DNA of 24,000 bases, taken from Tepidisphaeraceae bacterium (GTDB taxonomy: Bacteria; Planctomycetota; Phycisphaerae; Tepidisphaerales; Tepidisphaeraceae). The stretch lies in NCBI GenBank assembly GCA_050010915.1, contig JBEKKC010000053.1:404-24403 (forward strand). The letters are read 5' to 3'. The position numbers and the translations under genes are program-made. Below, piece after piece: positions 8,936-15,765 of the stretch (positions are counted from its first letter, which is position 1; each line of letters opens with the position of its first letter). The notes under the pieces are model-generated. The model saw only the letters and a program-made list of their open reading frames with translations, had not been told where the DNA came from and searched no databases.

Positions 8936-9295
8936 ATGGAAAACCTTTGGCTCAAGATCAAAATCTGGACCAAGATCACGATCTTCCTGGCTGTCGTGGC
9001 CTACCTGCTGATGTTCACCTACAACAACTGGGATGAGGAACTCACCATCTGGGTTTTTTTCGGCCATACGTTTCACCACGTCTCGGCGCTGGCGGCGATG
9101 CTCATCGTGCTTCTCGGCGGCGTCCTGGGCACCTTTCTGGTGCGGATGGCATATCATGCGGTGAGGCAGATCCGCGAACTCAAACAAAAAAACGCAACCG
9201 CCAAGATGCACAAGGACGTCGCGGACATCAAGGCGAAGGCCGCGATGCTGCAAACCAAGCCGCAAACCCAATCGGATACGAGCGCCTCGCCGTGA
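8936..9295 (+). CDS. Small two-TM membrane protein with a C-terminal basic/coiled-coil tail (LapA/DUF1049-like architecture)
   Basis: In-frame ATG 8936 inside track ORF 7892..9295, 14 nt after the peptidase stop. The product is MENLWLKIKIWTKITIFLAVVAYLLMF...ALAAMLIVLLGGVLGTFLVRMAYHAVRQIRELKQKN. Two hydrophobic helices are followed by a Lys-rich tail. The family assignment rests on architecture only. Confidence 0.5.
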   Translation: MENLWLKIKIWTKITIFLAVVAYLLMFTYNNWDEELTIWVFFGHTFHHVSALAAMLIVLLGGVLGTFLVRMAYHAVRQIRELKQKNATAKMHKDVADIKAKAAMLQTKPQTQSDTSASP

Positions 9296-9306
9296 GCGGC
9301 GAGGCG
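9283..9306 (+). terminator. GC-rich stem-loop spanning the stop codon of the small membrane protein gene (candidate terminator/stabiliser)
   Basis: cgcctcgccg (9283-9292) pairs perfectly with cggcgaggcg (9297-9306). The 4-nt loop tgag contains the TGA stop. No U-tract follows, so this is not a canonical intrinsic terminator. Confidence 0.35.
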
Positions 9307-9362
9307 GAAACTCGAAATTCGAAACTCGAATGACGAATCAAATGCGAAATTCGAATTTCGGC
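9307..9362. repeat. Low-complexity palindromic element B (period-7 TCGAAAN units)
   Basis: The sequence is gaaactcgaaattcgaaactcgaatgacgaatcaaatgcgaaattcgaatttcgg. Units are tcgaaat, tcgaaac, tcgaatg, acgaatc ... cgaaat, tcgaatt. cgaaattcgaa (9313-9323) pairs with ttcgaatttcg (9350-9360). cgaaattcgaatttcg (9345-9360) is a perfect 16-nt palindrome. The element lies between the small membrane protein gene and hisH. Confidence 0.8.
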
Positions 9363-9379
9363 ATGCTATACTCCACCCC

Positions 9380-9994
9380 ATGTCCATCGCGATCGTCGAT
9401 TTCGGAATGGCCAATCTGCGTTCGGTGCAAAAGGCTTTTGCGCAGGTCGGGGCGGAGGCGAAGATCATTTCCCGGCCCGAAGAGATCGACGCGGCCGACA
9501 AACTGGTGCTGCCCGGCGTCGGGGCATTCAAGGATGCCGTCGCCACGCTCCGCGAAAGAAAACTCGCCGAGGCGATCGTCCGGCACATCGAAAAGGGAAA
9601 ACTGTTCCTGGGCATTTGTTTGGGACTACAGATGCTGTTCGACATCGGATACGAGGACGGCGAGCACCGGGGCCTGGCGGTCCTCCGCGGAAAATGCGTG
9701 CGATTTGACGTGGATACGACCCTGGGATTGAAAGTCCCGCACATGGGCTGGAACCAGCTCATCGTCCGCAATCCCTCGCCCCTGCTGACGGATTTGGCGC
9801 CGGGATGCGGCGTATATTTCGTGCACGGCTATCACGTCGTTCCGGACGACCCATCGGTGATCGCCACCGAAACCGACTACGGCCGCCCGTTCGTCAGCAG
9901 CATTCGCCGTGAAAACATCATGGCCACGCAATTCCACCCTGAAAAGAGCCAGAAGGCCGGGCTGAAAATTCTGGCGAATTTCGCGGGAATGTGA
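9380..9994 (+). CDS. hisH: Imidazole glycerol phosphate synthase, glutamine amidotransferase subunit
   Basis: MSIAIVDFGMANLRSVQKAF...LVLPGVGAFKDAV...FLGICLGLQMLF (nucleophile Cys)...VPHMGWNQL...YFVHGYH...ATQFHPEKSQKAGLKILANF. This is a full-length class I GATase HisH pattern. Confidence 0.92.
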   Translation: MSIAIVDFGMANLRSVQKAFAQVGAEAKIISRPEEIDAADKLVLPGVGAFKDAVATLRERKLAEAIVRHIEKGKLFLGICLGLQMLFDIGYEDGEHRGLAVLRGKCVRFDVDTTLGLKVPHMGWNQLIVRNPSPLLTDLAPGCGVYFVHGYHVVPDDPSVIATETDYGRPFVSSIRRENIMATQFHPEKSQKAGLKILANFAGM

Positions 9995-10028
9995 CGGGCA
10001 CGAAACCATTCCGAGAGGATGGCGAGAT

Positions 10029-11504
10029 ATGGCGGCAATCGGACGGTGGGGCGCGACGTGGGCGATTGTGTTTCTGAGCCTGACCGGGTGTTCGACAATC
10101 CCTGATTTTCACTCCGTGTCATTCAGCGGACGCAGGTTCAATATTTCAGATTACGGCGCCGTCGGCGACGGCAGGACCAACTGCACGGCCGCGATCCAAA
10201 AGGCGATCGACGTCTGCGCCTCGACCGGCGGCGGGCAGGTTGTGGTTCCGAGCGGGACATTTCTCATCGGCCCGATCAATCTGGCCAGCAACATGGATTT
10301 CCATTTGGAAAAGGACGCGAAGCTGCTTTGCAGCCGCAATTTTGACGACTACCCGCTCGTCTACGCCAGTTTTCTCGGCAAGGACACGGTGCAATGCGCC
10401 TCTGGGATCACGGCGAGGAATCTGCACGACGTTTCGATCACCGGGCCGGGCGTGATCGACGGGCAGGGCGAGGCCTGGCGAACGATCAAGAAATCCAAGC
10501 TCACGCCGGAGCAATGGGAGAAGATCGTCCAATCCGGGGGCGTGGTCAACGCGACGGGGGACCAATGGTGGCCGTCGCGCTCGGCCATGGAAAACCAGCA
10601 AGCCCTGGCCGCGCTGCGGGAATCCAACGAGCCGCCGCGGATGGAAGATTACGTCAAATTTCGCGACCTGCTTCGCCCGGACATGGTCGCCCTGATCCAC
10701 TGCGATCATCTGCTGCTGGACGGCCCGACGTTTCGCAACTCGCCGTTTCGGGCCGTGCAGGTTTTGCGGTGTCACGACGTGGTCGTGCGCAATTGCACTA
10801 TTTACAATGAAATCTGGGCGCAAAATGGCGACGGAATCGGCTTCGATTCCAGCCGGGACGTCCTCATGGAAGATTCGACGGTTTACGCCGGCGACGACAA
10901 CGTCGTCCTCAAGAGCGGCAAGGACGAGGAAGGCCGCAAATACCATCTGCCCACCGAAAACGTGACCATCCGCCGATGCACCAGCATGTGGGGCCACGGC
11001 GGGTTCGTCCTCGGGAGCGAAACCTCCGGCGATATCCGCCACGTGTACATTACCGACTGCGTCTGCGATGGCACGGACGTGGGCCTGCGATTCAAAAGCG
11101 TTCGCGGCCGCGGCGGAGTGGTCGAAGACATTCACGTTGACCGGGTCACCATGTCCCACATCGCAACACAAGCGATTCTATTCGACCTGTTTTACGAAAA
11201 GGCCGATTCCAAGCCCGAGCCGCACAGCGAGCGTACGCCGTGCTTCCGCGACTTCGACATCCGCAACGTCACCTGCCAAAGCGCCGGGCAGTCGCTCTGG
11301 ATTAACGGCCTTTCCGAATTGCCGGTCTACAATCTTTGTTTTGAAAACGTGCGCCTGGCCGGCGACAGGGGCGCGGTGATCTCCGAAGCGAAAGACGTGA
11401 CGTTCAAGCACGTTCAGATCGAGTCGAAAACATCTCCGGCGTTTTCAACACAGAATGCCGCCGGGCTGAATCTGTGGGATTTACAGACAAAAGTGGGGGA
11501 TTAG
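10029..11504 (+). CDS. Glycoside hydrolase family 28 (polygalacturonase-like right-handed beta-helix), probable lipoprotein
   Basis: The signal/lipobox is WAIVFLSLTGCS. Other motifs are FNISDYGAVGDGRTNCTAAIQKAIDVC, NSPFRAVQV...NGDGIGFDSSRDVLMEDSTVYAGDDNVVLKSG and RCTSMWGHGGFVLGSE. These match the GH28 NxD / DD / G-H-G motif series. Confidence 0.85.
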   Translation: MAAIGRWGATWAIVFLSLTGCSTIPDFHSVSFSGRRFNISDYGAVGDGRTNCTAAIQKAIDVCASTGGGQVVVPSGTFLIGPINLASNMDFHLEKDAKLLCSRNFDDYPLVYASFLGKDTVQCASGITARNLHDVSITGPGVIDGQGEAWRTIKKSKLTPEQWEKIVQSGGVVNATGDQWWPSRSAMENQQALAALRESNEPPRMEDYVKFRDLLRPDMVALIHCDHLLLDGPTFRNSPFRAVQVLRCHDVVVRNCTIYNEIWAQNGDGIGFDSSRDVLMEDSTVYAGDDNVVLKSGKDEEGRKYHLPTENVTIRRCTSMWGHGGFVLGSETSGDIRHVYITDCVCDGTDVGLRFKSVRGRGGVVEDIHVDRVTMSHIATQAILFDLFYEKADSKPEPHSERTPCFRDFDIRNVTCQSAGQSLWINGLSELPVYNLCFENVRLAGDRGAVISEAKDVTFKHVQIESKTSPAFSTQNAAGLNLWDLQTKVGD

Positions 11505-11522
11505 CGGGCCCTTCCGTGATTT

Positions 11523-11951
11523 TCATGTCGCCAGGCGCGAATGGTAGAGCATGAAATAGATGATCACCCCCGTCACCGAAACGTACAGCCAGATGCAGAA
11601 CGTCGGAATGGCGATCCGCCGATGGTTGATCCAATCGCGGCGATAGGCTCGGAGAAGAGTCAGGTAAATCATCGGAAGCATCACCATCGCTAAAAACAAA
11701 TGGGGGAAGAGAATCGCCAGGTAGGTGTATCGCAGCCAATGCGGGGCATGGGAATGGACGGTCGTGTGCACGCCGTGAAGATAGTGATTGGCGAGATAGC
11801 AGACCAGGAATGCAGTGGAGACGGCGGTGGCGGTGACCATGGTGAATCCGTGGGCTCGCCAGCGGCCGGTCTTGATGAAGAAGAAGCCCAGGCAAAGCAG
11901 GATGCAACTGGCGGCGTTGAGCGTGGCGTCGACCGCGGGCAGGACGGTCAT
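11523..11951 (-). CDS. DUF420 family membrane protein (often associated with cytochrome oxidase/copper clusters)
   Basis: The 142-aa product has four hydrophobic helices, with VDATLNAASCILLCLGFFFIKTGRWRAH and YLAILFPHLFLAMVMLPMIYLTLLRA typical of DUF420. Its start overlaps the SCO1 stop by 4 nt (ATGA on the minus strand, 11948-11951). Confidence 0.8.
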   Translation of the reverse strand: MTVLPAVDATLNAASCILLCLGFFFIKTGRWRAHGFTMVTATAVSTAFLVCYLANHYLHGVHTTVHSHAPHWLRYTYLAILFPHLFLAMVMLPMIYLTLLRAYRRDWINHRRIAIPTFCIWLYVSVTGVIIYFMLYHSRLAT

Positions 11952-12637
11952 TTTCCGGCTCCGGTCGGATGCGCGCTGAGCATTTCGGCGTCATGAACGA
12001 GGGCGTCCATCCGCTGGGGGACGAAGGAATCGTAATAGCCGCGGAGTTTTCCCTGGGCGTCGATCAGGACGAAATGCTCATCGTGCTGAATGGGCGTGTT
12101 GCCGACGGCGGGAGAGAAGCCGAGTTTCATGGCGCGGATGACGCGCTCCTGGGTTTTTTCGTCGCCAGTCAGGAAAATCCAGCGGTTGGGTTGCGCGTGA
12201 TATTTGGCGGCATATTCTTTCAGGACGGGTGGGGTATCGTGGGCCGGATCGACGGAGAAGGAAACGAGCAACACGTCCGCGGGCAATCGGTCCTGCAATT
12301 CGGACATGTGTGCCGACATCGTGGGGCACAGGGATGCGCAAGTGGTGAAGATGAAATCGGCGATCCAGGGATGGCCAAGGAGTTGGGCGTTGGTGGCTGG
12401 GTTGCCGTACTGATCGGTGAGAGTGAAGGATGGGACGGGATCGAGAATCGGCGGCGGGGAGGACGGCGTATCCGTGGACGGAACGTAGGTAAAGCCTGCG
12501 GCTCCGGAGGCAAAGCCTGCCGCTTGGGAGTTGGGGTTTGAGTTCACCGGCAGGGTTTTCATGGCAACAACGCCGACCATGCCGCCCACGGCGACGATCC
12601 AGAGAATGACGGTGATGATCTTTTGAGGTTTGCTCAT
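11948..12637 (-). CDS. SCO1/SenC family copper chaperone (thioredoxin fold)
   Basis: ORF track 11948..12787. The preferred start is ATG at 12637 (MSKPQKIITVILWIVAVGGMVG, a membrane anchor). FTLTDQYGNPATNAQLLGHPWIADFIFTTCASLCP carries the CxxxC motif. VSFSVDPAHDTPPVLKEYA...HDEHFVLIDAQGKLRGYY carries the conserved His. Confidence 0.85.
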   Translation of the reverse strand: MSKPQKIITVILWIVAVGGMVGVVAMKTLPVNSNPNSQAAGFASGAAGFTYVPSTDTPSSPPPILDPVPSFTLTDQYGNPATNAQLLGHPWIADFIFTTCASLCPTMSAHMSELQDRLPADVLLVSFSVDPAHDTPPVLKEYAAKYHAQPNRWIFLTGDEKTQERVIRAMKLGFSPAVGNTPIQHDEHFVLIDAQGKLRGYYDSFVPQRMDALVHDAEMLSAHPTGAGK

Positions 12638-12644
12638 AAAAGGG

Positions 12645-13457
12645 CTATTGCAAATCCGCCGCCACGCGCCGGCCGGCCATGATGCTCGAAGCCAGAAACA
12701 TGGCCGCGGCGAACGCGAGACTGATGCCAAGACAAACAGACCACGACGGAAGCCGAAGGTTAGTGGAGTTGGTCCAGTAAAGCGCACGGCGCAGGGCGGA
12801 CACGCCGTAGGTGAGGGGATTGACGCTCATCAGCCAGCGCATGGCGCCGTGGGCGCCGTCGGCGGGGAACATCGCCCCGGACAGGAACCACATGGGGATG
12901 AGAAAGAGATTCATGATGACGTGAAAGCCCTGGGTGGAACTCATGCGCCAGGCGATGCAAAACCCCAGCCCGGCCAGCGCGAAGCTGACGATGAACGTCA
13001 CGGCGACGGCGGCGAGGAATGAGATCGGGCCAAGTTGGATCCCGACCAGGGGGGCCAGGAGCAGAAACAGGACTCCTTGCGCGGTTGCCAGGATTGTTCC
13101 GCCGAGCACCTTGCCGAGGACGATCGCCATGCGCGAGACGGGAGCGACGAGTACGGATTGGAGAAATCCCTCGCGGCGGTCCTCGATGACGGAGATTTCC
13201 GAAAAGATGGCGGTGAAAAGGAGGATCATGACAAGGGTGCCGGGAAAGAAATATTCGATGAAATTGCCGCCGCCGGGCATATCGGAGCGGAAGCTGTGCC
13301 CCATGCCGGCGCCGATGACGATCCAGAAGAGGATCGGCGTCGCCAGGGCGCCGATAATCCGGCTGCGCTGGCGGACGAAGCGGATAAGCTCGCGCCAGCA
13401 GAGCGAAACGGCGGGCAGAAAAAGAGACGAAGAGATCGAGGAAGAATCGGGGGTCAT
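12645..13457 (-). CDS. ABC-2 type transporter permease
   Basis: The 270-aa product has six predicted hydrophobic segments. WRELIRFVRQRSRIIGALATPILFWIVIGAGMG is a typical ABC-2 N-terminal motif. No cognate ATPase gene is adjacent in the window. Confidence 0.75.
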   Translation of the reverse strand: MTPDSSSISSSLFLPAVSLCWRELIRFVRQRSRIIGALATPILFWIVIGAGMGHSFRSDMPGGGNFIEYFFPGTLVMILLFTAIFSEISVIEDRREGFLQSVLVAPVSRMAIVLGKVLGGTILATAQGVLFLLLAPLVGIQLGPISFLAAVAVTFIVSFALAGLGFCIAWRMSSTQGFHVIMNLFLIPMWFLSGAMFPADGAHGAMRWLMSVNPLTYGVSALRRALYWTNSTNLRLPSWSVCLGISLAFAAAMFLASSIMAGRRVAADLQ

Positions 13458-13478
13458 GAAGTTTTGAGTTCGACTATT

Positions 13479-14333
13479 CTATGCGGAATGCCGCTTGCCA
13501 ACAATGGCAAGAAAACCCGCGGCGGCGCGGTCGGCATCGTGGAGAAGGGCAAAGGCCATTCGTTTGCCCGTGCGCGGATGATCGAATGCGAGCTCGATGG
13601 CGGCGAGCATCAGGCCGTTTCGGTGCGGTTTTCCGCCGTATTGGCCGTCGCCGAGGATTGGAGAGCCGGATTGGGCCAGGTGAACGCGAATCTGATGCTT
13701 GCGGCCGGTGTGGAGGGTGACGCGAAGCAGGGCCAAATCGCCGCGGCGATTTTCCACGGCGAATTCGGTGACGGCCCGCTGGCCGCGCCCGGGGACGCGA
13801 GTGGAATGGACCGAGCCGTCGGCGCGTTCGACCAGGAAAGATTCGATTCGCCCGGCGGATTTAGGCGGCGGAGAGACGACGGCGTGATAGACGCGCGCAA
13901 CGGTGTGATAAAAGAATTGGCGTTTGAGGGAATCGTAGGCCCGATTGTTTTTGGAAAAGACGAGCAATCCCGATGCGTCGCGATCGAGACGATGAATCGG
14001 GCCCAGGCGCGCGGGCGGATCGGTCAGGCTGAGATATTGGCGCAGGGCGGCGAGGGCGGTGGGCCGGGGTTCGCGGGGAACGGTGCTGGTGAGCAATCCG
14101 GCGGGTTTGTCGATCACGAGAATGTCTCGATCTTCGTGGATGATAGGAAAGGGCGGGCGGGGAAGCGCCTTCCTCGGCGAATTCACCGCGAGATGGTCGT
14201 CGGCGTTCACCAATTGATCGAGCCTGGCCGCGGTGATGCCGTTGATGAGCACGCGGCCGTCATGCACCATGCGCTTGAGCGTTTGGCGCTTGGCGGCGGG
14301 AAATCTCTTGGCAAGGAGATCGAGCAGCTTCAT
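13479..14333 (-). CDS. RluA-family pseudouridine synthase with an N-terminal S4-like domain
   Basis: Motifs include IIHEDRDILVIDKPAGLLT and GPIHRLDRDASGLLVFSKN (catalytic Asp motif HRLDxxxSG). HTGRKHQIRVHLAQSGSPILGDGQYGG is also present. The start overlaps the upstream hydrolase stop by 4 nt. Confidence 0.85.
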   Translation of the reverse strand: MKLLDLLAKRFPAAKRQTLKRMVHDGRVLINGITAARLDQLVNADDHLAVNSPRKALPRPPFPIIHEDRDILVIDKPAGLLTSTVPREPRPTALAALRQYLSLTDPPARLGPIHRLDRDASGLLVFSKNNRAYDSLKRQFFYHTVARVYHAVVSPPPKSAGRIESFLVERADGSVHSTRVPGRGQRAVTEFAVENRRGDLALLRVTLHTGRKHQIRVHLAQSGSPILGDGQYGGKPHRNGLMLAAIELAFDHPRTGKRMAFALLHDADRAAAGFLAIVGKRHSA

Positions 14334-15589
14334 AGCATGGGAACGGCGGTGTTGAGGAAATGCAGGGCGCGGTTGGCCACGCGCCGGTCGCCGGTGGCCT
14401 GGTCATTGGTTAAATCCTCCAGCCAGAGATAGCTTTTGGGTGCGTTGGCGGCGTCGAAGAGGCTTTGGCCACGGTCAAAGGTGATGACGGAATCGCGCTG
14501 GCCGCTGATAAAAAGAATCGGGCGTGGCGAGACGGCGGCAGCGTCGGCGGCGGGAGAGAAATGGCACAAATCCGCGCCGGTCTGGACGCAGGCCAGCGGA
14601 ACGGCGACGGGCACGATGAACCATTGCAGGGGCGGCGGAAACGAAACCCTGGCGGCAGAGGCGGCGAATTGGTCGAATCGGTCGTAGCATCCAATGACGG
14701 CCAGTGCGTCGAGCGCGCGGCCTTGATTGGAGGGATCGGCGGCGGCGGCGAGAAGCGCCGCGCCGCCGGTGTCCACGCCGATGGCCACGATGCGCCGGCT
14801 TTCCATGGGGTGATTTTGCCGAAGCCAGCGCACGGCTCCCAGGACATCCCGACGTTCACGGTCGCCGAAGGTGACGAGTTGTCCTCCGCTTTGGCCGTGG
14901 GCGCGAAAATCAAAGGTGAGGACATTGTATCCGTCATCGAGGAATCGGCTTGCCAGGGCGAGATAGCTGGACTTCCCGCCGCGCGAACCGGGGCAGATCA
15001 GCAGGGTCTTTCGGCCCCAACGAGGATTGGGGATATCTCCGGGCAAGGGCGCCGGGGCGGCCGTCCAGAACCCGGCGATGAGCAGGCCGTCGGTCGATTC
15101 AAACCATACGCGGGTTGCGCCGGCGTCCAACCAGGCGGATTCATCTTTCTGAACCGTGTTTGGCCGGTAGGTGGCGGCAGCGGCGATCATGTAGGGCAAG
15201 CCGATGACGAACAAAAGAAGCACGCGAAACACCTGGGCGGCGGATCGGCGTTGCCGCCGCTTCCAGGCGCCGGCGCCGGTGGCGAACACCAGACGCGCCA
15301 GGCGATCGAGCAGGAAATCCAGACCCTTGAGAATGCAGATCAGCCCGGCCGCCCAGTAGCAGGTGAGCGCCATTTGCAGCGGCGGGACGATCCCGCCGAG
15401 CCAGAGGCCGTAAATCATCGAGGCGGCGATGCCCAGCAAAAGCGACGTGGCGATGGCGACGGTGACCTTGGGCCAGACTTGGGCCGCCGGAATCCCACGC
15501 CGGTGGGCAACGGCGAACAAGGCGATCAGCACGACCGGTGGCAGGGCGAAGTAGAGCGACATCAGGAAAATGTGCGCGGATTGCAGCAT
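14330..15589 (-). CDS. Membrane-anchored alpha/beta-fold hydrolase
   Basis: ORF track 14330..15733. The first 48 codons translate hairpin element C, so ATG 15589 (MLQSAHIFLMSLYF) is preferred, with 15562 as an alternative. About 150 aa of hydrophobic helices are followed by TRVWFESTDGLLIAGFW...LLICPGSRGGKSSYLALASRFLDDGYNVLTFDFRAHGQSGG...IVAIGVDTGGAALL...ISGQRDSVI. This is an alpha/beta hydrolase layout, and the nucleophile-elbow position carries Asp (codon 14771-14773). Confidence 0.7.
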   Translation of the reverse strand: MLQSAHIFLMSLYFALPPVVLIALFAVAHRRGIPAAQVWPKVTVAIATSLLLGIAASMIYGLWLGGIVPPLQMALTCYWAAGLICILKGLDFLLDRLARLVFATGAGAWKRRQRRSAAQVFRVLLLFVIGLPYMIAAAATYRPNTVQKDESAWLDAGATRVWFESTDGLLIAGFWTAAPAPLPGDIPNPRWGRKTLLICPGSRGGKSSYLALASRFLDDGYNVLTFDFRAHGQSGGQLVTFGDRERRDVLGAVRWLRQNHPMESRRIVAIGVDTGGAALLAAAADPSNQGRALDALAVIGCYDRFDQFAASAARVSFPPPLQWFIVPVAVPLACVQTGADLCHFSPAADAAAVSPRPILFISGQRDSVITFDRGQSLFDAANAPKSYLWLEDLTNDQATGDRRVANRALHFLNTAVPML

Positions 15590-15629
15590 GCGGATGGCGA
15601 TTGGACGATAGTTATAACATGAAGGATGG

Positions 15630-15731
15630 GGGAAGCCCGAAATCCGAAATCCGAATGACCCAATAAAGAAAGTTTCGGACTTCGTCATTCGGATTTGATT
15701 CGTCATTCGGATTTCGGATTTCGGGCTTCCC
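15630..15731. repeat. Long perfect inverted repeat (hairpin element C): 30-bp arms, 42-nt spacer, period-7 CCGAAAT units
   Basis: Left arm 15631-15659 is ggaagcccgaaatccgaaatccgaatgac. Right arm 15702-15730 is gtcattcggatttcggatttcgggcttcc, its exact reverse complement. One more flanking G:C pair (15630/15731) extends the stem. The spacer holds a second direct copy of gtcattcggattt (15684-15696 versus 15702-15714). The element lies in the divergent region between the hydrolase gene (-) and rsmH (+). Confidence 0.92.
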
Positions 15732-15765
15732 ATGCTGGTTTCGGCATCACTCTGACAGGAAGTCC

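Noticed and set aside
7892-9295. A 467-aa plus-strand ORF spanning most of the peptidase gene and the downstream small gene.
   Set aside because: The first ~348 codons are an out-of-frame, Arg/Gly-rich read through the prepilin peptidase gene. Only the last 119 codons (from ATG 8936) look like a real membrane protein.
9380-9994. hisH standing alone, without hisA/hisF/hisB neighbours, as a possible anomaly.
   Set aside because: Dispersed his genes are common in many lineages. The protein looks complete, with an intact catalytic Cys/His/Glu pattern, so there is nothing to follow up from the sequence alone.
13035-15622. Plus-strand ORFs 13035..14432 (465 aa) and 14465..15622 (385 aa), antisense to the permease, pseudouridine synthase and hydrolase genes.
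   Set aside because: Their composition is Gly/Arg/Asp/Ala-rich junk. The minus-strand products have recognisable ABC-2, RluA and alpha/beta-hydrolase motifs.
15590-15733. An N-terminal extension of the hydrolase ORF (MGSPKSEIRMTNQIRMTKSETFFIGSFGFRISGF...) that would start the gene at 15733.
   Set aside because: The extension is merely the translation of both arms of hairpin element C. The hydrophobic protein proper begins at ATG 15589. The same logic rejects the 16671 start for the LysM gene and ORFs 1426..1608(-) and 1539..1751(-) across element A.
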